Shown: positions 38,252-47,072 of the stretch, piece after piece
Numbering within the stretch: the first letter of the stretch is position 1
Layout: each line of letters starts with the position of its first letter
From: a virus
Strand: one strand, 5' to 3'
Length of the DNA: 64,000 nt
IMG/VR virus record: IMGVR_UViG_3300042516_004811
Location: 32,001-96,000 of that record
Program-made: the position numbers and the translations under genes
Notes under the pieces: generated by a model
Told to the model about the DNA's origin: nothing
The model's input: the letters and a program-made list of their open reading frames with translations, nothing else
Database searches by the model: none

Positions 38252-38638
38252 TCAGACTCCGCTACGAAGGAACCACTCGTTTTCTGGACAGTACGCATAC
38301 ACTGCCGCCCCGACAATGAATCCAACCATTTCTGGGTCTGCGTAAGCATCTACTGCCATCATTGCGAGCTCAGCAAGCGTCATGCCTTCGTCAATTGAAT
38401 CGCATGCAAGTCTTCCGAACTGAAGAAGAGCGGAATCACCCATCTGTGAATACAGGAACGGGTACTCGTCATAAATAACCTCAAGGTAAAGGTCGTCAAT
38501 TGATTGTGACGGCGGAATGTATGCCGTGGTAGCGGTTGGGCGCTGGCTACTACCAGAGTCCTCTTTCACCTCCACCGTGCAGGCAGAGAGCGCAAGAACG
38601 CCAAGTCCAATAAGAAGTGATGTTGCCATCTTTTTCAC
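38252..38638 (-). CDS. putative lipoprotein (DUF732-like)
   Basis: lipobox LSAC; G..ACD.ID.G...IVGAAV.AYCP. Confidence 0.65.
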   Translation of the reverse strand: MKKMATSLLIGLGVLALSACTVEVKEDSGSSQRPTATTAYIPPSQSIDDLYLEVIYDEYPFLYSQMGDSALLQFGRLACDSIDEGMTLAELAMMAVDAYADPEMVGFIVGAAVYAYCPENEWFLRSGV

Positions 38639-38708
38639 GGTACCCCTCCTGGGATAATTGTTGTGTTTAGTGTCTATCACAATGTGCCAAGTATTGCAAC
38701 CGTCACGG

Positions 38709-38781
38709 TACCCCCAGCAGGGCTCGAACCTGCGACCCACGGATTAAAAGTCCGCTGCTCTACCAACTGAGCTATAGGGGC
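38709..38781 (-). tRNA. tRNA-Lys(TTT)
   Basis: cloverleaf, anticodon loop CTTTTAA, T-loop TTCGAGC. Confidence 0.95.
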
Positions 38782-38786
38782 CAGTT

Positions 38787-39245
38787 TTATGCAGAAACGT
38801 ACTCTATTCCGGCTTCATTCAGTAGATTTAATACCACAGGGAGCTGATTGTATGACGGGTCAAGCCTGTATACAACCCTTTTAACCCCCGAAGAAGCGAT
38901 TAATTTTGCACAGCCCATACAAGGTGAGCCGTTGATTATCAGGGTTGAACCCAGTCTTAGGCCTGGGTCGGACCACAGAAGGGCCCCGGCTTCGGCGTGC
39001 TGGGAAATGCAGTTATCGTAAGCCGAACCGGAAGCAGAGTCCTCGTGGAGACGTGGACAGGCGCCTTCGTTGCAGTGGGCCACTCCCGGCGGCGAACCAT
39101 TGTAGCCAAAGCCAACAACGCGCTTATTTGGAGCGACCACGACGGCGGCATATTGCCTTTTGGCACAGGTAGAAAACTCTTTGGCAGCTCCATCGAGAAC
39201 CCTCATCCACTTTTGTTCGTGTGGAAGAATTGTATTATTGGTCAT
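38787..39245 (-). CDS. dCMP deaminase
   Basis: GYNGSP.G..HC, HAE, PCMGC. Confidence 0.92.
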   Translation of the reverse strand: MTNNTILPHEQKWMRVLDGAAKEFSTCAKRQYAAVVVAPNKRVVGFGYNGSPPGVAHCNEGACPRLHEDSASGSAYDNCISQHAEAGALLWSDPGLRLGSTLIINGSPCMGCAKLIASSGVKRVVYRLDPSYNQLPVVLNLLNEAGIEYVSA

Positions 39246-39418
39246 GCGGTTTCTATTGCGATTAGTAGCCTTATTTGATTATTGGCCTGCACCAGCTCTG
39301 TCCGTAGGCGTTCAATCTCATCGGCGGCTTCAACGCAGGCGAATGGAATAATATTCCCACCCAAGTTCCCACGCAAGGCAGCGATGTTCCGTAGTCGGGT
39401 CACAATGTCATCAGGCAC
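39242..39418 (-). CDS. DIVTRLR-family small protein, copy 4
   Basis: DDIVTRLR...EAADEIERLR. Confidence 0.7.
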   Translation of the reverse strand: MPDDIVTRLRNIAALRGNLGGNIIPFACVEAADEIERLRTELVQANNQIRLLIAIETA

Positions 39419-39857
39419 CACGCACCGCCTTTGGCTTGTCAAAATCTTTCGTCACAGATACCAAGAAGTGATATCTCTCATTAGTAATCAAATCATCCTC
39501 ACGCCATTTATGAATTTGTTCCAGTGACCACGGCTTGTAAGAACCCCCAAATGGAGTTATGGCAGGTACCCATTCGTAGGAGTGATGGTATTTCTCGCCG
39601 CCACAACCATCGCAGAGATGGCGGTTGTCTTTTGCAAAAATTGGCAACATCCATTCGTCACACGAACCAGTTGTTGAAACGACTTTGGCGACTTGCTTGA
39701 TTCCTTTATTCGAGAGAGCCTCGTTCAGCATTTGATTCACTACGCGTAGTCGTTCAATCTCATCAGCGGCTTGAGCGAACATTTCATAGTCGCACCCTTT
39801 GGCATTATTACCGTACTCCCATTCCTGCCGTAGTCGGGTCACAATGTCATCGGTCAT
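39411..39857 (-). CDS. DIVTRLR-family protein, copy 3
   Basis: DDIVTRLR...QAADEIERLR. Confidence 0.75.
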   Translation of the reverse strand: MTDDIVTRLRQEWEYGNNAKGCDYEMFAQAADEIERLRVVNQMLNEALSNKGIKQVAKVVSTTGSCDEWMLPIFAKDNRHLCDGCGGEKYHHSYEWVPAITPFGGSYKPWSLEQIHKWREDDLITNERYHFLVSVTKDFDKPKAVRGA

Positions 39858-40084
39858 TAAAATTTCACCGCCTGTTCGTAATCGTTGAGCAGGTAAGCCT
39901 CTGCTAAAACTTCACTTCCTCGCTTACCGTACTGGTTATATAAACGCCTCGCTAAGTGAAACCACTTATCACGCTCTAAGCGTAATTGTTCAATCTCGGC
40001 AACGGCTTCTTTCATGTCCTCACGACTTCCGAAGTAATCGCCGTCAATGCTTGCCCGTAGTCGGGTCACAATGTCATGGCTCAT
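39857..40084 (-). CDS. DIVTRLR-family small protein, copy 2
   Basis: HDIVTRLR...EAVAEIEQLR. Confidence 0.7.
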   Translation of the reverse strand: MSHDIVTRLRASIDGDYFGSREDMKEAVAEIEQLRLERDKWFHLARRLYNQYGKRGSEVLAEAYLLNDYEQAVKF

Positions 40085-40362
40085 GGATTCTGCGCCCATT
40101 CTGTTCTAGGAATCTGGGAGAGTGGGATTTTATTTAGCCTAGCCATACGCTTGTCCCATTTGACCATCTTTTTGGCTTCTTTCTTGGCTCTAGTTTCAGA
40201 AGTCCAGATAGCACCATTCATAGATGGGATAAGAAGCGCATGAACGCCGTTTTTACGCATCCGTTCGTTGCGCTCTATGGCTGGAGCAAGATACTGGCGA
40301 AATAAATGCTCTCTGTAATACTCGTAACGGTTACGGGCTTCGGGGTTGAATTTATATCTCAT
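40081..40362 (-). CDS. hypothetical basic protein
   Basis: ORF from MRYKFNP with AGGAGG RBS. Confidence 0.55.
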   Translation of the reverse strand: MRYKFNPEARNRYEYYREHLFRQYLAPAIERNERMRKNGVHALLIPSMNGAIWTSETRAKKEAKKMVKWDKRMARLNKIPLSQIPRTEWAQNP

Positions 40363-40549
40363 CACACACCTCCTTGTGTTCGCAGTGTACGCCACGCTCC
40401 GATAGTTCCCATTCGTGAACAAGTGCCTTGATTTGCTCCCGTAGGCGTTCAATCTCATCCATAGCCTCTTGAACTTCACGAGCCATAATCGGGTTACCCA
40501 TCAACACTTCCCGTAAATCTCGTAGTCGGGTCACAATGTCATCCTGCAT
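40352..40549 (-). CDS. DIVTRLR-family small protein, copy 1
   Basis: DDIVTRLR...EAMDEIERLR. Confidence 0.7.
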   Translation of the reverse strand: MQDDIVTRLRDLREVLMGNPIMAREVQEAMDEIERLREQIKALVHEWELSERGVHCEHKEVCDEI

Positions 40550-40663
40550 CCATTTTTTCCTGTTCTTTTTTGTTGCGTCTAACTTCTAAAAAAATAGTCA
40601 CAACTAAATTAATAATTCCTATCGACCATCCTATTAGGTACTTAAGCACATGTCTCCTCTGTT

Positions 40664-40738
40664 TGGTTGGGAAACAAGGACTCGAACCCTGAATAACTGG
40701 ACCAGAACCAGTTGTGTTGCCAATTACACCATTTCCCA
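40664..40738 (-). tRNA. tRNA-Gln(CTG)
   Basis: cloverleaf, loop TTCTGGT, encoded CCA. Confidence 0.93.
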
Positions 40739-40739
40739 G

Positions 40740-40816
40740 TGGTCCGAACGGCAGGATTTGAACCTGCGACCCCCTGCTCCCAAAGCAGGTGCGCTACCAA
40801 GCTGCGCTACGTTCGG
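40740..40816 (-). tRNA. tRNA-Pro(TGG)
   Basis: cloverleaf, loop TTTGGGA, encoded CCA. Confidence 0.95.
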
Positions 40817-40921
40817 CTTTGTCAGCAGTATACGCGTTGTTGTGCTGAGCGGCTACCGCCGTGATTATTTTCAGAATGTTATTATTAATTGTTCGTTGTT
40901 ACTAGAACAGAATTGGATATT

Positions 40922-42313
40922 ATGCTCCTTAAATCACGTAACCTCAAAAGTGCTGCGCTAGCTATCGTCCTTCTTCTTACGGCAGCTGTTGGGTTAACCC
41001 AATCAGCTCCAAAATCAACAGTTTATGCAAGTGCTAGCAGTGGTGGGCCTATTGTTCTTGATGGAATGGACCCCGTTTGTCACGCGTCATATAACGAAAA
41101 TACCGACCAATACATTGCCAAGGTCCTGAAAAGTGTTTATGACCAGTCAATAATGCCGTCAAACACCGGGAAGATTGCAATTCTTGGAATCTCTAACCCA
41201 TTAAGTGCGGGTGGGTGTGGAGGAAACTGGAACACCTTCTTAAGCGGTGATTTTTCTTCTGAATTTTCTACAGCTCCAGTTTATGAGTTTATTACGACGG
41301 CTGCAGAGTTAGAGACCTTCTTTTCAACCACCATCTCCTCTGCTCCGCCAAAAATGCTATGGATTCCTGATGATTGGAGTCGCTCTGGTGCAGTCAGCTC
41401 AATATTCACCGCCAATGCAGAGAAAATAGCTGACTTCGTTAATTCTGGTGGCGGATTGTTTGCAAATTACAATCCATATGGTTGGCTTACCGCCCTTCTT
41501 CCTGGTGCTGTATTCAATGACGGAGGATGCAATGGTGGTCCAGAGGCGACGGCTGATGGAAACACGGACTTCGGCCTAACTAACTCAATTGTTGCAGCCT
41601 GCTGGCATGGGTATTTCACTGGAAATCTTGGGACACTAAAGACCCTGGTTGACTACCCATATCCAGGCCCAACCTCACCACGTGTTGCTGTTTCCGTTGG
41701 TGGTGGAGAAGTTTCACTACCAAGCTCATTCACCTTGTCTATTAGTCCAGATAATCCAGCCGCCGGAACACCTTTAACGATTACCGCCACGGCCCAGACG
41801 CTTGCTGGTGTGCCACAGACTGGCGTCTCTGTAAGCATCACAGTTACCGGTGGACCAGATGCTGGTCAAACATTTACAGCAACAACCGATTCTTCCGGAA
41901 TAGCAACAATAACAATTAATACGTCTTCAACTGGAACAAATGTTTATACGGCAACAGCAACCGTTAACGGTGTTGTTAAGACCGTTTCTATTACGGTGAC
42001 CTGGGCTCCAGCTCCAGAAACAACCGTGCCAGAAACTACCGTTCCGGAAACAACCGTTCCGGAAACCACCGTTCCAGAAACAACCGTGCCAGAGACAACT
42101 ATTCCAGAACCGGAAACAACAGTTCCTGTTCCAACTACCGTTGAGCCGCCAGTGGATTCCCCAACAACAACCCATGACCACTCGTCACATGAGCATGGAC
42201 CGCTTCCGGAAACTGGAGCCAATAGCCGCTCACCAATGAGGGTAGCTGCACTTCTGGTGGCTGCAGGTCTTTTGATTGTTGCGATTCGCAGAAGGCTCAC
42301 CTCAAAAGACTAA
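40922..42313 (+). CDS. LPxTG cell-wall-anchored surface protein with Ig-like domain and PETTV repeats
   Basis: signal peptide, Big_1-like TTDSSG.ATI segment, (PETTV)n stalk, LPETG plus TM helix plus RRR. Confidence 0.85.
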   Translation: MLLKSRNLKSAALAIVLLLTAAVGLTQSAPKSTVYASASSGGPIVLDGMDPVCHASYNENTDQYIAKVLKSVYDQSIMPSNTGKIAILGISNPLSAGGCGGNWNTFLSGDFSSEFSTAPVYEFITTAAELETFFSTTISSAPPKMLWIPDDWSRSGAVSSIFTANAEKIADFVNSGGGLFANYNPYGWLTALLPGAVFNDGGCNGGPEATADGNTDFGLTNSIVAACWHGYFTGNLGTLKTLVDYPYPGPTSPRVAVSVGGGEVSLPSSFTLSISPDNPAAGTPLTITATAQTLAGVPQTGVSVSITVTGGPDAGQTFTATTDSSGIATITINTSSTGTNVYTATATVNGVVKTVSITVTWAPAPETTVPETTVPETTVPETTVPETTVPETTIPEPETTVPVPTTVEPPVDSPTTTHDHSSHEHGPLPETGANSRSPMRVAALLVAAGLLIVAIRRRLTSKD

Positions 42314-42549
42314 GAGTTTTTTGATTCCTTTTGCCCCTGTGAATAAATTGCGTAATCGATAACCTGCTCCAGCGAGGAGTGCTGTTCACCGAGGTACTTA
42401 TTCTCCCCGATGATGGTGGCAAGAAATCCAGCGATATCTTTCCACATCTGAACTTCGTTTTTTAGATTAGTGATTGTTTCGGCAGCTGTGAGAAATGACT
42501 TAAGCCCATGTTCCCAATGCAGTTCAACTAAGTGGTCCTCTAGGTTCAT
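42310..42549 (-). CDS. hypothetical protein
   Basis: 79-aa ORF in a tightly packed operon. Confidence 0.55.
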   Translation of the reverse strand: MNLEDHLVELHWEHGLKSFLTAAETITNLKNEVQMWKDIAGFLATIIGENKYLGEQHSSLEQVIDYAIYSQGQKESKNS

Positions 42550-42552
42550 TCT

Positions 42553-42720
42553 TTATTCGTCCATTTCGTGATTTCGCATGTCAAAAAATGGCTTCAACTC
42601 TTCTTCGGTTGCGCCACGTGCATATGCTACAAGAAACATTTTTTCTGCAAGAATCTTCCACTGCTCAAGCCTATGCTGAGTCTGTAGGTAGCGGGAATAG
42701 GTGACCGACCCCTCACCCAT
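42553..42720 (-). CDS. hypothetical protein
   Basis: short ORF in operon; start uncertain. Confidence 0.45.
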   Translation of the reverse strand: MGEGSVTYSRYLQTQHRLEQWKILAEKMFLVAYARGATEEELKPFFDMRNHEMDE

Positions 42721-42925
42721 TGTCATCATCAGCAATCTCGTAATCATCCATGCTTTCCACGGTGTTGCGAAGTTCATCTTCGGTCATGGATGCGGCTTTA
42801 TCGCTGATACTGAAAATCCATTCACCATCTTCACGTATTCGAGCTTCAATTAGTCCAGCACGATATAAAGACCAAATATCTTTATGAAGGTCATTCATGT
42901 TGTACCCATTGTTATCTTGTGTCAC
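42713..42925 (-). CDS. hypothetical protein
   Basis: 70-aa ORF with GGAGAGG RBS. Confidence 0.6.
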   Translation of the reverse strand: MTQDNNGYNMNDLHKDIWSLYRAGLIEARIREDGEWIFSISDKAASMTEDELRNTVESMDDYEIADDDNG

Positions 42926-42950
42926 TTTCCTCTCCTTCTGTTTCTTGTTG

Positions 42951-43030
42951 TGGGCAAGGAGGGACTCGAACCCTCACTCCTAAGAACTGGTACCTAAAAC
43001 CAGCGCGTCTGCCAATTCCGCCACTCGCCC
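42951..43030 (-). tRNA. tRNA-Leu(TAG)
   Basis: cloverleaf, loop TTTAGGT, variable arm. Confidence 0.93.
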
Positions 43031-43036
43031 TATTTG

Positions 43037-43669
43037 TTACTCGGTATCTATCCCGTAATGATATCTGTCATCGTCGGACGTTCTCCACTTAGAGGCATCC
43101 TCGACATCCCATTGTCTAGTATTTATTAGACGGTCAATCAAGTTACCTTTTTTGGTTGTAAATGACGGGTCAAACATTCTGACCCTATTATTTGGCTGAA
43201 TTGCAAAATTGCCATCATCTCTTAGAATTACATGGCCACATTTGTGTTGCCCCGGATTCATGCTGAATCCAGCATTTGTCTGGTTGTCCTCGGGGTGATG
43301 CCAATCAAGAGTGAACAGGTATTTACCACTGACAAACTCTCCAGACCTGGAGACATACGTCATTCTCATGTTCCTCATGGCCTGGAATTCCGTAACAGTC
43401 ACATATGGGCTGAATGAGTTCCAAAGAACAAGTTCGTGAATATCAACCTCTTTTGTTCCCGGTTCTGCACAGAATGCACTTATTGGCATTCTCCACCAAA
43501 CACCACCATCCTCCATTAGAAAGTGAAATAGAGGGCTCCGTCCCTGTATTGAGGCAACACCAAAAATCATGCATGGGAAGTATTTATCGTGTGAATCTTT
43601 CTGATTCCTTAGATAATTGCCACGTACGTAACATTCGATTGCGGGAATATTGGCATTCAGTTCTGGCAT
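43037..43669 (-). CDS. conserved-looking phage hypothetical protein
   Basis: LNANIP...YVR, RMPISAF, YLFTLDW, HKCGH, FAIQPNNR. Confidence 0.8.
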   Translation of the reverse strand: MPELNANIPAIECYVRGNYLRNQKDSHDKYFPCMIFGVASIQGRSPLFHFLMEDGGVWWRMPISAFCAEPGTKEVDIHELVLWNSFSPYVTVTEFQAMRNMRMTYVSRSGEFVSGKYLFTLDWHHPEDNQTNAGFSMNPGQHKCGHVILRDDGNFAIQPNNRVRMFDPSFTTKKGNLIDRLINTRQWDVEDASKWRTSDDDRYHYGIDTE

Positions 43670-43687
43670 GTGAAAAACACTAGCACC

Positions 43688-44611
43688 CTACTTGGTGCAG
43701 GTGATTGAACGCGAGTCCAGGATATTTCCATCAATATCAATGAAATATGTATTGACAGTCTTTCCACGAATCTCGAGAACAAGTACTCCATGCTCATCAT
43801 CAATCATCTTCATTGACCCTGGAATTGGTTGACCAACACTTCTGAGACCCTTACCGCCAGTTCCAACGACAAACTGAATTGGCTCCATGTCTATTCCCTT
43901 ATAGGTCTCAAATCTCTCATAATGGTGGTCATGCGCTGTAAGCACTAGCGGAACATTATTGCCATCCATCAGGTCAAAGATTTCGGAAACAACCATGTTG
44001 CTGCCATGGTTTCCTGAAGAGTATCTAGGTTGATGCATCATTGGAATTACACACTGCTGACCATATTTGTTTAGCTCAGCTCCGAACCATGCGTATTGCT
44101 CTGAATCACGAGAACAGTCAACGTCACTGCACTGGTCATTGGTATTAAGGCCAACAAGAACCCAGTCGTTGTTGAGAAGTCTTGAGTAATACCCGGATGT
44201 TCCAAAGCGCTCACCCCACTTGGCGTAGTAACCACGCGCCCCACCTTCTGCATACTCATGATTCCCAGGGATGGGCATTGAGATTGGAATAATGTCTTGC
44301 CAAATAATGCCGAAGTTTCTATCGAAGTTTTCAACCGTATGGCTGTTGTACTGAATATCCCCAAGAAGAAGGGCATAGTCGGGGTCAATGGTTCTTACTA
44401 ACTGAGCCACCCGCTCATCAGCACAGTCATAATCTCCAGAATTCCTTTGCGCCTGACTGCAGGAAATGTCACCAACCGCGACAAGGGTCAGGACCTCTTC
44501 AACCTGTGGTTCAGTTGTTGTACTGGCTTGCTCTGCGTCATCGGAAGAGCTACTGCATGCTGCAAGCAAAACGCTAGAAGCAATCGCTACAGAAATGATT
44601 TTCTTCTTCAT
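43688..44611 (-). CDS. calcineurin-like metallophosphoesterase lipoprotein (acid/alkaline phosphatase-like)
   Basis: lipobox LAAC; GD, GDIQY, GNHEY, HQPRYS, AHDHHYER. Confidence 0.88.
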   Translation of the reverse strand: MKKKIISVAIASSVLLAACSSSSDDAEQASTTTEPQVEEVLTLVAVGDISCSQAQRNSGDYDCADERVAQLVRTIDPDYALLLGDIQYNSHTVENFDRNFGIIWQDIIPISMPIPGNHEYAEGGARGYYAKWGERFGTSGYYSRLLNNDWVLVGLNTNDQCSDVDCSRDSEQYAWFGAELNKYGQQCVIPMMHQPRYSSGNHGSNMVVSEIFDLMDGNNVPLVLTAHDHHYERFETYKGIDMEPIQFVVGTGGKGLRSVGQPIPGSMKMIDDEHGVLVLEIRGKTVNTYFIDIDGNILDSRSITCTK

Positions 44612-44677
44612 TGAATTACCCTCCATGGGTCTAGGTATTTGGAATATTACATGCATCTGTTGACAACATCAACACGA

Positions 44678-45475
44678 CTAGCCACTGGTGACGTAAATAA
44701 TGTCACCGTTTGTGCGCTCTCTCCCCCTGCCAAGTGGGTTATTTACTACCAAACCCTTGCTGTACATCACGGACGAGCCCCCACCATCAAGGTTGTAGGC
44801 GGTTTTACAACCCTGAGAAGCGAATAGTTCAGCGAACTCCCCAAGAGTCATGCCCATGCTGTATCCAGGGCTTCTACCATCAACAACTATAAGTACAAAC
44901 TTATTTTTTTCAACCATACAAATCCCTGTTCTTGGATGTCGGCCATTTATAGACCTGCCAGTATCGACCTCGTAATAGTCGTCGATGCCTTCTGGAATTT
45001 GCCATTCATCTATGAGCACTGGCCCGAATGAAAATGAATTTAGGACACCAGCCGCATTAAGTGACTCTACGGATATTTCTTTTTCTTTGTAGATAATCAT
45101 TTCCCCAGATGAAGTTATGGACATCCCATCACGCTTCGGCTTGTTTATGAGGACTTTTCCACCCCTGATAATCACGCCATTATTTCGATATGTAAAGAAA
45201 TCACCATTGATAGCCAGCTCTGCCCCGGCATCTCTTGCCACCTCAGATGTATGACCCCTGGCGACCATTGAACCCATATCTCGCGGGTCTCCAAGCTCCA
45301 CTTCCGCAACATAATAGGTAACGGCTTCTTTGCCGCTACCAACAGACCTCGTTGTAATGGATATTGCTGTTTTATCTTCAATTGTGGTTGAAGTCTGCTG
45401 AATGTCAACACTTTTCGAGCTGCACGATGCAAGCAGAAAACTGAACCCAATAACGATGGTCAATCGCTTATTCAC
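44678..45475 (-). CDS. phosphodiester glycosidase (NAGPA/DUF2233-like) lipoprotein
   Basis: lipobox LASC; AINGDFF, HPRTGI, VVDGR, AYNLDGGGSS; start trimmed to avoid the tRNA. Confidence 0.88.
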   Translation of the reverse strand: MNKRLTIVIGFSFLLASCSSKSVDIQQTSTTIEDKTAISITTRSVGSGKEAVTYYVAEVELGDPRDMGSMVARGHTSEVARDAGAELAINGDFFTYRNNGVIIRGGKVLINKPKRDGMSITSSGEMIIYKEKEISVESLNAAGVLNSFSFGPVLIDEWQIPEGIDDYYEVDTGRSINGRHPRTGICMVEKNKFVLIVVDGRSPGYSMGMTLGEFAELFASQGCKTAYNLDGGGSSVMYSKGLVVNNPLGRGRERTNGDIIYVTSG

Positions 45476-45493
45476 AGTGTCATCCTTGTGTAC

Positions 45494-45583
45494 TGGCGGA
45501 AGAGGAGGGATTTGAACCCCCGGTCCGCGCAAACGGACTCCTGTTTTCAAGACAGGTGCATTCGGCCGCTCTGCCACTCTTCC
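45494..45583 (-). tRNA. tRNA-Ser(TGA)
   Basis: cloverleaf with long variable arm, loop CTTGAAA, GCCA end. Confidence 0.95.
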
Positions 45584-45598
45584 AGATTCTTATGTTAG

Positions 45599-45672
45599 TG
45601 GGCCCTGTGGGACTTGAACCCACGACCAACGGATTATGAGTCCGGCGCTCTAACCAACTGAGCTAAGGGCCC
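45599..45672 (-). tRNA. tRNA with CAT anticodon (Ile2-like or elongator Met)
   Basis: cloverleaf, loop CTCATAA; GGGCCCT acceptor resembles bacterial tRNA-Ile2. Confidence 0.9.
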
Positions 45673-46154
45673 TAGTTTTTGGAAGCTAGTTCACTTATCT
45701 CCTTAAGTGCAATTTTGGGCACAAAATAAGCAGCTGGCCTATTTCCGTGCGTTTGGAGGTAATTGCTATTCTTTGCCTCAAGGCCGGAAATGTATCCCCA
45801 AATTCTGTAAACAGGGCATTTTCCGGTCACCAGAACATAAATATCATCGTCGTAGTCGTCTGGCCTTACTATGAGTTCATATGAGTGCGATGACCTAGTT
45901 CTAACCTGTATTGTTGCTCCGACATCGGCGTCTTTAAACGTGTCAATCCCACCATCCCAGTAAACGTTAAGGAACTTACTAACAGCCATCTCTCCACAGG
46001 CACCTTCGATATGTTCGCTCCATCCCAGCCCTGTAAAACCATGATTATCGGCACTGCCGCGACGTATCGAAGTTAATTGTCGCAAGCGACCGATTTCGGA
46101 TGCCATCGCATATTCGTGCCAGGAAAGTTCAACCTGGATAAATTTATTTGTCAT
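45672..46154 (-). CDS. hypothetical protein, possible PD-(D/E)XK-like fold
   Basis: GACGEMAV...ADVG..IQVR. Confidence 0.65.
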   Translation of the reverse strand: MTNKFIQVELSWHEYAMASEIGRLRQLTSIRRGSADNHGFTGLGWSEHIEGACGEMAVSKFLNVYWDGGIDTFKDADVGATIQVRTRSSHSYELIVRPDDYDDDIYVLVTGKCPVYRIWGYISGLEAKNSNYLQTHGNRPAAYFVPKIALKEISELASKN

Positions 46155-46157
46155 ATG

Positions 46158-46229
46158 TGGGCGCTGAGGGTCTCGAACCCCCGACCTACTCGGTGTAAAC
46201 GAGTTGCTCTACCGCTGAGCTAAGCGCCC
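46158..46229 (-). tRNA. tRNA-Val(TAC)
   Basis: cloverleaf, loop TTTACAC. Confidence 0.93.
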
Positions 46230-46239
46230 CGAGTTCTTA

Positions 46240-46542
46240 TTAAAACAAACTATCGTGAGTCTCTGCTATTAATTTGTTTCTTGATGCATGAACCTGGGTC
46301 TTCTGGAATTCCGACTCGGACACCTCAACGAATGTCCACCATTCTTCGGTCATGTTGTTATCTGTTTCCCACGGCCGAGAGTGAATGCGTTCCTTCAGTA
46401 TGAGTCTCTTCTCTACTTGTCTTCCTGGCATTTTTTCTTCGCCATAGTAGATATTCATGTGGTCACCAGCTTGGGGTTTTCTTGTTTGCCATCGCACAAA
46501 AACTGCCTGACCACCATTAAATTCGACCAATTTCATACTCAT
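46240..46542 (-). CDS. hypothetical protein
   Basis: 100-aa ORF with GAGGGG RBS. Confidence 0.6.
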   Translation of the reverse strand: MSMKLVEFNGGQAVFVRWQTRKPQAGDHMNIYYGEEKMPGRQVEKRLILKERIHSRPWETDNNMTEEWWTFVEVSESEFQKTQVHASRNKLIAETHDSLF

Positions 46543-46598
46543 TAATTCCCCTCAATTTTTATTATGCGACATTGGCTAGTTGACGCGCACGGCAAACT

Positions 46599-46829
46599 TT
46601 ATCTAGGTTTTTGGGAAATTTCAATTCTCGCAATACACCGACCAGGCTCATCGCACACGTATGCGGTTTTGCCATTGTCCAGGCGAATGATGACCATGTA
46701 CTCTCTCGGCCTGTAGTAACCACAAGAGGCGCATTTCGCTGTTTCTAGAAATGCACCAACCGCCCTTAAGCCACCCCACAGGCCGGCGAGTGAAGCAAAG
46801 ATGGCCAAGACAAAAACAGTGTTGCTCAC
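46599..46829 (-). CDS. hypothetical membrane protein with zinc ribbon
   Basis: TM helix plus CASC...C...C. Confidence 0.55.
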   Translation of the reverse strand: MSNTVFVLAIFASLAGLWGGLRAVGAFLETAKCASCGYYRPREYMVIIRLDNGKTAYVCDEPGRCIARIEISQKPR

Positions 46830-46987
46830 TTCTTTCCCTTTTCCGAATCGTCAAGGTACTTGACAAGTGCCTCCCTAATAACTGAGCCAGTGGACAATTT
46901 GTTTTTTGCTGCGGCATCCTGAATGCGTTGATTCAGCTCCTCTGAGACATGAAGAACAAGTTTTGTGTATTGTTTGTTATTGGTCAT
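46826..46987 (-). CDS. ribbon-helix-helix (CopG-like) protein (53 aa, not in ORF track)
   Basis: KLVLHVSEELNQRIQDAAAKNKLSTGSVIREALVKYL; GAGG RBS. Confidence 0.65.
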   Translation of the reverse strand: MTNNKQYTKLVLHVSEELNQRIQDAAAKNKLSTGSVIREALVKYLDDSEKGKK

Positions 46988-46997
46988 AATTCCTCAG

Positions 46998-47072
46998 TGC
47001 TGAAGGTGGGATTTGAACCCACGTGTACCCCTACGGTTTCTACACTTTATAAGAGTGAGCCGATACTTCAGC
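46998..47072 (-). ncRNA. atypical tRNA-like RNA lacking a D-arm, TAT (Ile) anticodon
   Basis: perfect acceptor GCTGAAG/CTTCAGC+A, T-arm GTGGG-TTCAAAT-CCCAC, anticodon hairpin CACT-CTTATAA-AGTG. Confidence 0.7.

Noticed and set aside
45476-45577. N-terminal extension of ORF 44678..45577, and similar ORFs over tRNAs (40650..40961, 60941..61270, 61378..61638)
   Set aside because: They overlap clear tRNA genes; the true start of the NAGPA-like gene is the GTG preceding its lipoprotein signal.
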